DNA from: Eledone cirrhosa
Lineage: Eukaryota
Assembly (NCBI GenBank): GCA_964016885.1
Contig: OZ024741.1
Span: forward strand, 23,622,001-23,686,000
Direction of reading: 5' to 3'
DNA length: 64,000 nucleotides
A program made the position numbers and the translations under genes. Positions 1 to 14,800 of this stretch are shown piece after piece (the first letter of the stretch is position 1; each line of letters starts with the position of its first letter). Below the pieces are notes generated by a model, which was not told the origin of the DNA, searched no databases, and was given only the letters and a program-made list of their open reading frames with translations.

Positions 1-3000
1 ACCAGTCTATCACAGGGTTAACACCTAGCTGAAGAACAATCCCAAATGGATAGGACACCAGTATATCACAGGGTTAACACTCAGCTGAAGAACAATCCCA
101 AATGGATAGGACACCAGTCTATCAGAGGGTTAACACTCAGCTGAAAAACAATTCCAACTGGATAGGACACCAGTCTATCACAGGGTCAACACTCAGCTGA
201 AGAACAATTCCAACTAGATAGGACACCAGTCTATCACAGGGTTAACACTCAGCTGAAGAACAATTCCAACTGGATAGGACACCAGTCTATCACAGGGTTA
301 ACACACAGCTGAAGAACAATTCCAACTGGATAGGACACCAGTCTATCACAGGGTTAACACTCAGCTAAAGAACAATCCCAACTGGATAGGACACCAGTCT
401 ATCACAGGGTTAACACTCAGCTGAAGAACAATTCCAACTGGATAGGACACCAGTCTATCACAGGGTTAACACTCAGCTGAAGAACAATTCCAACTGGATA
501 GGACACCAGTCTATCACAGGGTTAACACTCAGCTAAAGAACAATCCCAACTGGATAGGACACCAGTCTATCACAGGGTTAACACTCAGCTGAAGAACAAT
601 TCCAACTGGATAGGACACCAGTCTATCACAGGGTTAACACTCAGCTGAAGAACAATTCCAACTGGATAGGACACCAGTCTATCACAGGGTTAACACACAG
701 CTGAAGAACAATTCCAACTGGATAGGACACCAGTCTATCACAGGGTTAACACACAGCTGAAGAACAATTCCAACTGGATAGGACACCAGTCTATCACAGG
801 GTTAACACTCAGCTGAAGAACAATTCCAACTGGATAGGACACCAGTCTATCACAGGGTTAACACTCAGCTGAAGAACAATTCCAACTGGATAGGACACCA
901 GTTTATCACAGGGTTATCACTCAGCTGAAGAACAATTCCAACTGGATAGGACACCAGTCTATCACAGGGTTAACACTCAGCTGAAGAACAATTCCAACTG
1001 GATAGGACACCAGTCTATCACAGGGTTATCACTCAGCTGAAGAACAATTCCAACTGGATAGGACACCAGTCTATCACAGGGTTAACACACAGCTGAAGAA
1101 CAACTCCAACTGGATAGGACACCAGTGTATCACAGGGTTAACACACAGCTGAAGAACAATTCCAACTGGATAGGACACCAGTCTATCACAGGGTTAACAC
1201 TCAGCTGAAGAACAATTCCAACTGGATAGGACACCAGTCTATCACAGGGTTAACACTCAGCAGAAGAACCATTCCAACTGGATAGGACACCAGTCTATCA
1301 GAGGGTTAACACTCAGCTGAAGAACAATTCCAACTGGATAGGACACCAGTCTATCACAGGGTTAACACTCAGCTGAAGAAAAATTCCAACTGGATAGGAC
1401 ACCAGTCTATCACAGGGTTAACACCTAGCTGAAGAACAATTCCAACTGGATAGAACACCAGTCTATCAGAGGGTTAACACTCAGCTGAAGAACAATTCCA
1501 ACTGGATAGGACACCAGTCTATCACAGGGTTAACACCTAGCTGAAGAACAATCCCAAATGGATAGGACACCAGTCTATCACAGGGTTAACACTCAGCTGA
1601 AGAACAATCCCAAATGGATAGGACACCAGTCTATCAGAGGGTTAACACTCAGCTGAAGAACAATTCCAACTGGATAGGACACCAGTCTATCACAGGGTTA
1701 ACACTCAGCTGAAGAACAATTCCAACTGGATAGGACACCAGTCTATCACAGGGTTAACACTCAGCTGAAGAACAATTCCAACTGGATAGGACACCAGTCT
1801 ATCACAGGGTTAACACTCAGCTGAAGAACAATTCCAACTGGATAGGACACCAGTCTATCACAGGGTTAACACACAGCTGAAGAATAATTCCAACTGGATA
1901 GGACACCAGTCTATCACAGGGTTAACACACAGCTGAAGAACAATTCCAACTGGATAGGACACCAGTCTATCACAGGGTTAACACTCAGCTGAAGAACAAT
2001 TCCAACTGGATAGGACACCAGTCTATCACAGGGTTAACACTCAGCTAAAGAACAATCCCAACTGGATAGGACACCAGTCTATCACAGGGTTAACACTGAG
2101 CTGAAGAACAATCCCAAATGGATAGGACACCAGTCTATCAGAGGGTTAACACTCAGCTGAAGAACAATTCCAACTGGATAGGACACCAGTCTATCACAGG
2201 GTTAACACTCAGCTGAAGAACAATTCCAACTGGATAGGACACCAGTCTATCACAGGGTTAACACTCAGCTGAAGAACAATTCCAACTGGATAGGACACCA
2301 GTCTATCACAGGGTTAACACACAGCTGAATAACAATTCCAACTGGATAGGACACCAGTCTATCACAGGGTTAACACACAGCTGAAGAACAATTCCAACTG
2401 GATAGGACACCAGTCTATCACAGGGTTAACACTCAGCTGAAGAACAATTCCAACTGGATAGGACACCAGTCTATCACAGGGTTAACACTCAGCTAAAGAA
2501 CAATCCCAACTGGATAGGACACCAGTCTATCACAGGGTTAACACTCAGCTGAAGAACAATTCCAACTGGATAGGACACCAGTCTATCACAGGGTTAACAC
2601 TCAGCTGAAGAACAATTCCAACTGGATAGGACACCAGTCTATCACAGGATTAACACACAGCTGAAGAACAATTCCAACTGGATAGGACACCAGTCTATCA
2701 CAGGGTTCACACACAGCTGAAGAACAATTCCAACTGGATAGGACACCAGTCTATCACAGGGTAACACTCAGCTGAAGAACAATTCCAACTGGATAGGACA
2801 CCAGTCTATCACAGGGTTAACACTCAGCTGAAGAACAATCCCAACTGGATAGGACACCAGACTATCACAGGGTTATCACTCAGCTGAAGAACAATTCCAA
2901 CTGGATAGGACACCAGTCTATCAGAGGGTTAACACTCAGCTGAAGAACAATTCCAACTGGATAGGACACCAGTCTATCACAGGGTTAACACCTAGCTGAA

Positions 3001-4430
3001 GAACAATCCCAAATGGATAGGACACCAGTATATCACAGGGTTAACACTCAGCTGAAGAACAATCCCAAATGGATAGGACACCAGTCTATCAGAGGGTTAA
3101 CACTCAGCTGAAAAACAATTCCAACTGGATAGGACACCAGTCTATCACAGGGTCAACACTCAGCTGAAGAACAATTCCAACTAGATAGGACACCAGTCTA
3201 TCACAGGGTTAACACTCAGCTGAAGAACAATTCCAACTGGATAGGACACCAGTCTATCACAGGGTTAACACACAGCTGAAGAACAATTCCAACTGGATAG
3301 GACACCAGTCTATCACAGGGTTAACACTCAGCTAAAGAACAATCCCAACTGGATAGGACACCAGTCTATCACAGGGTTAACACTCAGCTGAAGAACAATT
3401 CCAACTGGATAGGACACCAGTCTATCACAGGGTTAACACTCAGCTGAAGAACAATTCCAACTGGATAGGACACCAGTCTATCACAGGGTTAACACTCAGC
3501 TAAAGAACAATCCCAACTGGATAGGACACCAGTCTATCACAGGGTTAACACTCAGCTGAAGAACAATTCCAACTGGATAGGACACCAGTCTATCACAGGG
3601 TTAACACTCAGCTGAAGAACAATTCCAACTGGATAGGACACCAGTCTATCACAGGGTTAACACACAGCTGAAGAACAATTCCAACTGGATAGGACACCAG
3701 TCTATCACAGGGTTAACACACAGCTGAAGAACAATTCCAACTGGATAGGACACCAGTCTATCACAGGGTTAACACTCAGCTGAAGAACAATTCCAACTGG
3801 ATAGGACACCAGTCTATCACAGGGTTAACACTCAGCTGAAGAACAATTCCAACTGGATAGGACACCAGTTTATCACAGGGTTATCACTCAGCTGAAGAAC
3901 AATTCCAACTGGATAGGACACCAGTCTATCACAGGGTTAACACTCAGCTGAAGAACAATTCCAACTGGATAGGACACCAGTCTATCACAGGGTTATCACT
4001 CAGCTGAAGAACAATTCCAACTGGATAGGACACCAGTCTATCACAGGGTTAACACACAGCTGAAGAACAACTCCAACTGGATAGGACACCAGTGTATCAC
4101 AGGGTTAACACACAGCTGAAGAACAATTCCAACTGGATAGGACACCAGTCTATCACAGGGTTAACACTCAGCTGAAGAACAATTCCAACTGGATAGGACA
4201 CCAGTCTATCACAGGGTTAACACTCAGCAGAAGAACCATTCCAACTGGATAGGACACCAGTCTATCAGAGGGTTAACACTCAGCTGAAGAACAATTCCAA
4301 CTGGATAGGACACCAGTCTATCACAGGGTTAACACTCAGCTGAAGAAAAATTCCAACTGGATAGGACACCAGTCTATCACAGGGTTAACACCTAGCTGAA
4401 GAACAATTCCAACTGGATAGAACACCAGTC
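1..4430. repeat. Block duplication with 2,967-bp offset (53 monomers minus 1 bp): ~1-1460 repeated at ~2968-4430
   Basis: Rare variants pair at exactly 2,967 bp: GTATATC 61/3028, GGTCAAC (variant C) 187/3154, TAGAACACC 1451/4418. Confidence 0.9.
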
Positions 4431-6839
4431 TATCACAGGGTTAACACCTAGCTGAAGAACAATTCCAACTGGATAGGACACCAGTCTATCACAGGGTTAA
4501 CACACAGCTGAAGACTGATACCCACTGGATAGGACACCAGTCTATCACAGGGTTAACACCTAGCTGAAGAACAATCCCAAATGGATAGGACACCAGTCTA
4601 TCACAGGGTTAACACACAGCTGAAGAACAATCCCAACTGGATAGGACACCAGTCTATCACAGGGTTATCACTCAGCTGAAGAACAATTCCAACTGGATAG
4701 GACACCAGTCTATCAGAGGGTTAACACTCAGCTGAAGAACAATTCCAACTGGATAGGACACCAGTCTATCACAGGGTTAACACCTAGCTGAAGAACAATC
4801 CCAAATGGATAGGACACCAGTCTATCACAGGGTTAACACTCAGCTGAAGAACAATCCCAAATGGATAGGACACCAGTCTATCAGAGGGTTAACACTCAGC
4901 TGAAGAACAATTCCAACTGGATAGGAAACCAGTCTATCACAGGGTTAACACTCAGCTGAAGAACAATTCCAACTGGATAGGACACCAGTCTATCACAGGG
5001 TTAACACTCAGCAGAAGAACAATTCCAACTGGATAGGACACCAGTCTATCACAGGGTTAACACTCAGCTGAAGAACAATTCCAACTGGATAGGACACCAG
5101 TCTATCACAGGGTTAACACACAGCTGAAGAATAATTCCAACTGGATAGGACACCAGTCTATCACAGGGTTAACACACAGCTGAAGAACAATTCCAACTGG
5201 ATAGGACACCAGTCTATCACAGGGTTAACACTCAGCTGAAGAACAATTCCAACTGGATAGGACACCAGTCTATCACAGGGTTAACACTCAGCTAAAGAAC
5301 AATCCCAACTGGATAGGACACCAGTCTATCACAGGGTTAACACTGAGCTGAAGAACAATCCCAAATGGATAGGACACCAGTCTATCAGAGGGTTAACACT
5401 CAGCTGAAGAACAATTCCAACTGGATAGGACACCAGTCTATCACAGGGTTAACACTCAGCTGAAGAACAATTCCAACTGGATAGGACACCAGTCTATCAC
5501 AGGGTTAACACTCAGCTGAAGAACAATTCCAACTGGATAGGACACCAGTCTATCACAGGGTTAACACACAGCTGAATAACAATTCCAACTGGATAGGACA
5601 CCAGTCTATCACAGGGTTAACACACAGCTGAAGAACAATTCCAACTGGATAGGACACCAGTCTATCACAGGGTTAACACTCAGCTGAAGAACAATTCCAA
5701 CTGGATAGGACACCAGTCTATCACAGGGTGAACACTCAGCTAAAGAACAATCCCAACTGGATAGGACACCAGTCTATAACAGGGTTAACACTCAGCTGAA
5801 GAACAATTCCAACTGGATAGGACACCAGTCTATCACAGGGTTAACACTCAGCTGAAGAACAATTCCAAATGGATAGGACACCAGTCTATCACAGGGTTAA
5901 CACACAGCTGAAGAACAATTCCAACTGGATAGGACACCAGTCTATCACAGGGTTAACACACAGCTGAAGAACAATTCCAACTGGATAGGACACCAGTCTA
6001 TCACAGGGTTAACACTCAGCTGAAGAACAATTCCAACTGGATAGGACACCAGTCTATCACAGGGTTAACACTCAGCTGAAGAACAATTCCAACTGGATAG
6101 GACACCAGTTTATCACAGGGTTATCACTCAGCTGAAGAACAATTCCAACTGGATAGGACACCAGTCTATGACAGGGTTAACACACAGCTGAAGAACAATT
6201 CCAACTGGATAGGACACCAGTTTATCACAGGGTTATCACTCAGCTGAAGAACAATTCCAACTGGATAGGACACCAGTCTATCACAGGGTTAACACACAGC
6301 TGAAGAACAATTCCAACTGGATAGGACACCAGTCTATCACAGGGTTAACACACAGCTGAAGAACAATTCCAACTGGATAGGACACCAGTCTATCAGAGGG
6401 TTAACACTCAGCTGAAGAACAATTCCAACTGGATAGGACACCAGTCTATCACAGGGTTAACACTCAGCTGAAGAACAATTCCAACTGGATAGGACACCAG
6501 TCTATCACAGGGTTAACACTCAGCAGAAGAACCATTCCAACTGGTTAGGACACCAGTCTATCAGAGGGTTAACACTCAGCTGAAGAACAATTCCAACTGG
6601 ATAGGACACCAGTCTATCAGAGGGTTAACACCTAGCTGAAGAACAATTCCAACTGGATAGGACACCAGTCTATCACAGGGTTAACACTCAGCTGAAGAAC
6701 AATTCCAACTGGATAGGACACCAGTCTATCACAGGGTTAACACACAGCTGAAGAACAATTCCAACTGGATAGGACACCAGTCTATCACAGGGTTAACACT
6801 CAGCTGAAGAACAATTCCAACTGGATAGGACACCAGTCT

Positions 6840-9800
6840 ATCACAGGGTTAACACTCAGCTAAAGAACAATCCCAACTGGATAGGACACCAGTCTATCAC
6901 AGGGTTAACACTCAGCTGAAGAACAATTCCAACTGGATAGGACACCAGTCTATCACAGGGTTAACACTCAGCTGAAGAACAATTCCAACTGGATAGGACA
7001 CCAGTCTATCACAGGGTTAACACACAGCTGAAGAACAATTCCAACTGGATAGGACACCAGTCTATCACAGGGTTCACACACAGCTGAAGAACAATTCCAA
7101 CTGGATAGGACACCAGTCTATCACAGGGTAACACTCAGCTGAAGAACAATTCCAACTGGATAGGACACCAGTCTATCACAGGGTTAACACTCAGCTGAAG
7201 AACAATTCCGACTGGATAGGACACCAGTCTATCACAGGGTTAACACACAGCTGAAGAACAATTCCAACTGGATAGGACACCAGTCTATCACAGGGTTAAC
7301 ACACAGCTGAAGAACAATTCCAACTGCATAGGACACCAGTCTATCGCAGGGTTATCACTCAGCTGAAGAACAATTCCAACTGGATAGGACACCAGTCTAT
7401 CAGAGGGTTAACACTCAGCTGAAGAACAATTCCAACTGGATAGGACACCAGTCTATCACAGGGTTAACACCTAGCTGAAGAACAATCCCAAATGGATAGG
7501 ACACCAGTCTATCACAGGGTTAACACTCAGCTGAAGAACAATCCCAAATGGATAGGACACCAGTCTATCAGAGGGTTAACACTCAGCTGAAGAACAATTC
7601 CAACTGGATAGGACACCAGTCTATCACAGGGTTAACACTCAGCTGAAGAACAATTCCAACTGGATAGGACACCAGTCTATCACAGGGTTAACACTCAGCT
7701 GAAGAACAATTCCAACTGGATAGGACACCAGTCTATCACAGGGTTAACACTCAGCTGAAGAACAATTCCAACTGGATAGGACACCAGTCTATCACAGGGT
7801 TAACACACAGCTGAAGAATAATTCCAACTGGATAGGACACCAGTCTATCACAGGGTTAACACACAGCTGAAGAACAATTCCAACTGGATAGGACACCAGT
7901 CTATCACAGGGTTAACACTCAGCTGAAGAACAATTCCAACTGGATAGGACACCAGTCTATCACAGGGTTAACACTCAGCTAAAGAACAATCCCAACTGGA
8001 TAGGACACCAGTCTATCACAGGGTTAACACTGAGCTGAAGAACAATCCCAAATGGATAGGACACCAGTCTATCAGAGGGTTAACACTCAGCTGAAGAACA
8101 ATTCCAACTGGATAGGACACCAGTCTATCACAGGGTTAACACTCAGCTGAAGAACAATTCCAACTGGATAGGACACCAGTCTATCACAGGGTTAACACTC
8201 AGCTGAAGAACAATTCCAACTGGATAGGACACCAGTCTATCACAGGGTTAACACACAGCTGAATAACAATTCCAACTGGATAGGACACCAGTCTATCACA
8301 GGGTTAACACACAGCTGAAGAACAATTCCAACTGGATAGGACACCAGTCTATCACAGGGTTAACACTCAGCTGAAGAACAATTCCAACTGGATAGGACAC
8401 CAGTCTATCACAGGGTTAACACTCAGCTAAAGAACAATCCCAACTGGATAGGACACCAGTCTATCACAGGGTTAACACTCAGCTGAAGAACAATTCCAAC
8501 TGGATAGGACACCAGTCTATCACAGGGTTAACACTCAGCTGAAGAACAATTCCAACTGGATAGGACACCAGTCTATCACAGGGTTAACACTCAGCTAAAG
8601 AACAATCCCAACTGGATAGGACACCAGTCTATCACAGGGTTAACACTCAGCTGAAGAACAATTCCAACTGGATAGGACACCAGTCTATCACAGGGTTAAC
8701 ACTCAGCTGAAGAACAATTCCAACTGGATAGGACACCAGTCTATCACAGGGTTAACACACAGCTGAAGAACAATTCCAACTGGATAGGACACCAGTCTAT
8801 CACAGGGTTCACACACAGCTGAAGAACAATTCCAACTGGATAGGACACCAGTCTATCACAGGGTAACACTCAGCTGAAGAACAATTCCAACTGGATAGGA
8901 CACCAGTCTATCACAGGGTTAACACTCAGCTGAAGAACAATTCCGACTGGATAGGACACCAGTCTATCACAGGGTTAACACACAGCTGAAGAACAATTCC
9001 AACTGGATAGGACACCAGTCTATCACAGGGTTAACACACAGCTGAAGAACAATTCCAACTGCATAGGACACCAGTCTATCGCAGGGTTATCACTCAGCTG
9101 AAGAACAATTCCAACTGGATAGGACACCAGTCTATCAGAGGGTTAACACTCAGCTGAAGAACAATTCCAACTGGATAGGACACCAGTCTATCACAGGGTT
9201 AACACCTAGCTGAAGAACAATCCCAAATGGATAGGACACCAGTCTATCACAGGGTTAACACTCAGCTGAAGAACAATCCCAAATGGATAGGACACCAGTC
9301 TATCAGAGGGTTAACACTCAGCTGAAGAACAATTCCAACTGGATAGGACACCAGTCTATCACAGGGTTAACACTCAGCTGAAGAACAATTCCAACTGGAT
9401 AGGACACCAGTCTATCACAGGGTTAACACTCAGCTGAAGAACAATTCCAACTGGATAGGACACCAGTCTATCACAGGGTTAACACTCAGCTGAAGAACAA
9501 TTCCAACTGGATAGGACACCAGTCTATCACAGGGTTAACACACAGCTGAAGAATAATTCCAACTGGATAGGACACCAGTCTATCACAGGGTTAACACACA
9601 GCTGAAGAACAATTCCAACTGGATAGGACACCAGTCTATCACAGGGTTAACACTCAGCTGAAGAACAATTCCAACTGGATAGGACACCAGTCTATCACAG
9701 GGTTAACACTCAGCTAAAGAACAATCCCAACTGGATAGGACACCAGTCTATCACAGGGTTAACACTGAGCTGAAGAACAATCCCAAATGGATAGGACACC

Positions 9801-10200
9801 AGTCTATCAGAGGGTTAACACTCAGCTGAAGAACAATTCCAACTGGATAGGACACCAGTCTATCACAGGGTTAACACTCAGCTGAAGAACAATTCCAACT
9901 GGATAGGACACCAGTCTATCACAGGGTTAACACTCAGCTGAAGAACAATTCCAACTGGATAGGACACCAGTCTATCACAGGGTTAACACACAGCTGAATA
10001 ACAATTCCAACTGGATAGGACACCAGTCTATCACAGGGTTAACACACAGCTGAAGAACAATTCCAACTGGATAGGACACCAGTCTATCACAGGGTTAACA
10101 CTCAGCTGAAGAACAATTCCAACTGGATAGGACACCAGTCTATCACAGGGTTAACACTCAGCTAAAGAACAATCCCAACTGGATAGGACACCAGTCTATC
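6840..10200. repeat. Tandem duplication with 1,735-bp period (31 monomers minus 1 bp)
   Basis: Variant bases pair at 1,735 bp: TTCCGAC 7210/8945, CTGCATA 7327/9062, ATCGCAG 7346/9081. Confidence 0.88.
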
Positions 10201-11847
10201 ACAGGGTTAACACTCAGCTGAAGAACAATTCCAACTGGATAGGACACCAGTCTATCACAGGGTTAACACTCAGCTGAAGAACAATTCCAACTGGATAGGA
10301 CACCAGTCTATCACAGGGTTAACACACAGCTGAAGAACAATTCCAACTGGATAGGACACCAGTCTATCACAGGGTTCACACACAGCTGAAGAACAATTCC
10401 AACTGGATAGGACACCAGTCTATCACAGGGTAACACTCAGCTGAAGAACAATTCCAACTGGATAGGACACCAGTCTATCACAGGGTTAACACTCAGCTGA
10501 AGAACAATCCCAACTGGATAGGACACCAGACTATCACAGGATTATCACTCAGCTGAAGAACAATTCCAACTGGATAGGACACCAGTCTATCAGAGGGTTA
10601 ACACTCAGCTGAAGAACAATTCCAACTGGATAGGACACCAGTCTATCACAGGGTTAACACCTAGCTGAAGAACAATCCCAAATGGATAGGACACCAGTCT
10701 ATCACAGGGTTAACACTCAGCTGAAGAACAATCCCAAATGGATAGGACACCAGTCTATCAGAGGGTTAACACTCAGCTGAAAAACAATTCCAACTGGATA
10801 GGACACCAGTCTATCACAGGGTTAACACTCAGCTGAAGAACAATTCCAACTAGATAGGACACCAGTCTATCACAGGGTTAACACTCAGCTGAAGAACAAT
10901 TCCAACTGGATAGGACACCAGTCTATCACAGGGTTAACACTCAGCTAAAGAACAATCCCAACTGGATAGGACACCAGTCTATCACAGGGTTAACACTCAG
11001 CTGAAGAACAATTCCAACTGGATAGGACACCAGTCTATCACAGGGTTAACACTCAGCTGAAGAACAATTCCAACTGGATAGGACACCAGTCTATCACAGG
11101 GTTAACACACAGCTGAAGAACAATTCCAACTGGATAGGACACCAGTCTATCACAGGGTTAACACACAGCTGAAGAACAATTCCAACTGGATAGGACACCA
11201 GTCTATCACAGGGTTAACACTCAGCTGAAGAACAATTCCAACTGGATAGGACACCAGTCTATCACAGGGTTAACACTCAGCTGAAGAACAATTCCAACTG
11301 GATAGGACACCAGTTTATCACAGGGTTATCACTCAGCTGAAGAACAATTCCAACTGGATAGGACACCAGTCTATCAGAGGGTTAACACTCAGCTGAAGAA
11401 CAATTCCAACTGGATAGGACACCAGTCTATCACAGGGTTATCACTCAGCTGAAGAACAATTCCAACTGGATAGGACACCAGTCTATCACAGGGTTAACAC
11501 ACAGCTGAAGAACAACTCCAACTGGATAGGACACCAGTGTATCACAGGGTTAACACACAGCTGAAGAACAATTCCAACTGGATAGGACACCAGTCTATCA
11601 CAGGGTTAACACTCAGCTGAAGAACAATTCCAACTGGATAGGACACCAGTCTATCACAGGGTTAACACTCAGCAGAAGAACCATTCCAACTGGATAGGAC
11701 ACCAGTCTATCAGAGGGTTAACACTCAGCTGAAGAACAATTCCAACTGGATAGGACACCAGTCTATCACAGGGTTAACACTCAGCTGAAGAAAAATTCCA
11801 ACTGGATAGGACACCAGTCTATCACAGGGTTAACACACAGCTGAAGA

Positions 11848-14800
11848 CTGATACCCACTGGATAGGACACCAGTCTATCACAGGGTTAACACCTAGCTGA
11901 AGAACAATCCCAAATGGATAGGACACCAGTCTATCACAGGGTTAACACACAGCTGAAGAACAATCCCAACTGGATAGGACACCAGTCTATCACAGGGTTA
12001 TCACTCAGCTGAAGAACAATTCCAACTGGATAGGACACCAGTCTATCAGAGGGTTAACACTCAGCTGAAGAACAATTCCAACTGGATAGGACACCAGTCT
12101 ATCACAGGGTTAACACCTAGCTGAAGAACAATCCCAAATGGATAGGACACCAGTCTATCACAGGGTTAACACTCAGCTGAAGAACAATCCCAAATGGATA
12201 GGACACCAGTCTATCAGAGGGTTAACACTCAGCTGAAGAACAATTCCAACTGGATAGGACACCAGTCTATCACAGGGTTAACACTCAGCTGAAGAACAAT
12301 TCAAACTGGATAGGACACCAGTCTATCACAGGGTTAACACTCAGCAGAAGAACAATTCCAACTGGATAGGACACCAGTCTATCACAGGGTTAACACTCAG
12401 CTGAAGAACAATTCCAACTGGATAGGACACCAGTCTATCACAGGGTTAACACACAGCTGAAGAATAATTCCAACTGGATAGGACACCAGTCTATCACAGG
12501 GTTAACACACAGCTGAAGAACAATTCCAACTGGATAGGACACCAGTCTATCACAGGGTTAACACTCAGCTGAAGAACAATTCCAACTGTATAGGACACCA
12601 GTCTATCACAGGGTTAACACTCAGCTAAAGAACAATCCCAACTGGATAGGACACCAGTCTATCACAGGGTTAACACTGAGCTGAAGAACAATCCCAAATG
12701 GATAGGACACCAGTCTATCAGAGGGTTAACACTCAGCTGAAGAACAATTCCAACTGGATAGGACACCAGTCTATCACAGGGTTAACACTCAGCTGAAGAA
12801 CAATTCCAACTGGATAGGACACCAGTCTATCACAGGGTTAACACTCAGCTGAAGAACAATTCCAACTGGATAGGACACCAGTCTATCACAGGGTTAACAC
12901 ACAGCTGAATAACAATTCCAACTGGATAGGACACCAGTCTATCACAGGGTTAACACACAGCTGAAGAACAATTCCAACTGGATAGGACACCAGTCTATCA
13001 CAGGGTTAACACTCAGCTGAAGAACAATTCCAACTGGATAGGACACCAGTCTATCACAGGGTGAACACTCAGCTAAAGAACAATCCCAACTGGATAGGAC
13101 ACCAGTCTATAACAGGGTTAACACTCAGCTGAAGAACAATTCCAACTGGATAGGACACCAGTCTATCACAGGGTTAACACTCAGCTGAAGAACAATTCCA
13201 AATGGATAGGACACCAGTCTATCACAGGGTTAACACACAGCTGAAGAACAATTCCAACTGGATAGGACACCAGTCTATCACAGGGTTAACACACAGCTGA
13301 AGAACAATTCCAACTGGATAGGACACCAGTCTATCACAGGGTTAACACTCAGCTGAAGAACAATTCCAACTGGATAGGACACCAGTCTATCACAGGGTTA
13401 ACACTCAGCTGAAGAACAATTCCAACTGGATAGGACACCAGTTTATCACAGGGTTATCACTCAGCTGAAGAACAATTCCAACTGGATAGGACACCAGTCT
13501 ATGACAGGGTTAACACACAGCTGAAGAACAATTCCAACTGGATAGGACACCAGTTTATCACAGGGTTATCACTCAGCTGAAGAACAATTCCAACTGGATA
13601 GGACACCAGTCTATCACAGGGTTAACACACAGCTGAAGAACAATTCCAACTGGATAGGACACCAGTCTATCACAGGGTTAACACACAGCTGAAGAACAAT
13701 TCCAACTGGATAGGACACCAGTCTATCAGAGGGTTAACACTCAGCTGAAGAACAATTCCAACTGGATAGGACACCAGTCTATCACAGGGTTAACACTCAG
13801 CTGAAGAACAATTCCAACTGGATAGGACACCAGTCTATCACAGGGTTAACACTCAGCAGAAGAACCATTCCAACTGGTTAGGACACCAGTCTATCAGAGG
13901 GTTAACACTCAGCTGAAGAACAATTCCAACTGGATAGGACACCAGTCTATCAGAGGGTTAACACCTAGCTGAAGAACAATTCCAACTGGATAGGACACCA
14001 GTCTATCACAGGGTTAACACTCAGCTGAAGAACAATTCCAACTGGATAGGACACCAGTCTATCACAGGGTTAACACACAGCTGAAGAACAATTCCAACTG
14101 GATAGGACACCAGTCTATAACAGGGTTAACACTCAGCTGAAGAACAATTCCAACTGGATAGGACACCAGTCTATCACAGGGTTAACACTCAGCTAAAGAA
14201 CAATCCCAACTGGATAGGACACCAGTCTATCACAGGGTTAACACTCAGCTGAAGAACAATTCCAACTGGATAGGACACCAGTCTATCACAGGGTTAACAC
14301 TCAGCTGAAGAACAATTCCAACTGGATAGGACACCAGTCTATCACAGGGTTAACACACAGCTGAAGAACAATTCCAACTGGATAGGACACCAGTCTATCA
14401 CAGGGTTCACACACAGCTGTAGAACAATTCCAACTGGATAGGACACCAGTCTATCACAGGGTAACACTCAGCTGAAGAACAATTCCAACTGGATAGGACA
14501 CCAGTCTATCACAGGGTTAACACTCAGCTGAAGATCAATCCCAACTGGATAGGACACCAGACTATCACAGGGTTATCACTCAGCTGAAGAACAATTCCAA
14601 CTGGATAGGACACCAGTCTATCAGAGGGTTAACACTCAGCTGAAGAACAATTCCAACTGGATAGGACACCAGTCTATCACAGGGTTAACACCTAGCTGAA
14701 GAACAATCCCAAATGGATAGGACACCAGTCTATCACAGGGTTAACACTCAGCTGAAGAACAATCCCAAATGGATAGGACACCAGTCTATCAGAGGGTTAA

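Noticed and set aside
253-300. Hammerhead ribozyme, as in newt, schistosome or cricket satellites (CTGAAGA matches CUGANGA, and a GTC triplet is present)
   Set aside because: The consensus has no GAAA core on either strand, and the sequences flanking GTC and CTGAAGA are not complementary, so stems I-III cannot be built. An Infernal search with Rfam hammerhead models on a trimer would be decisive.
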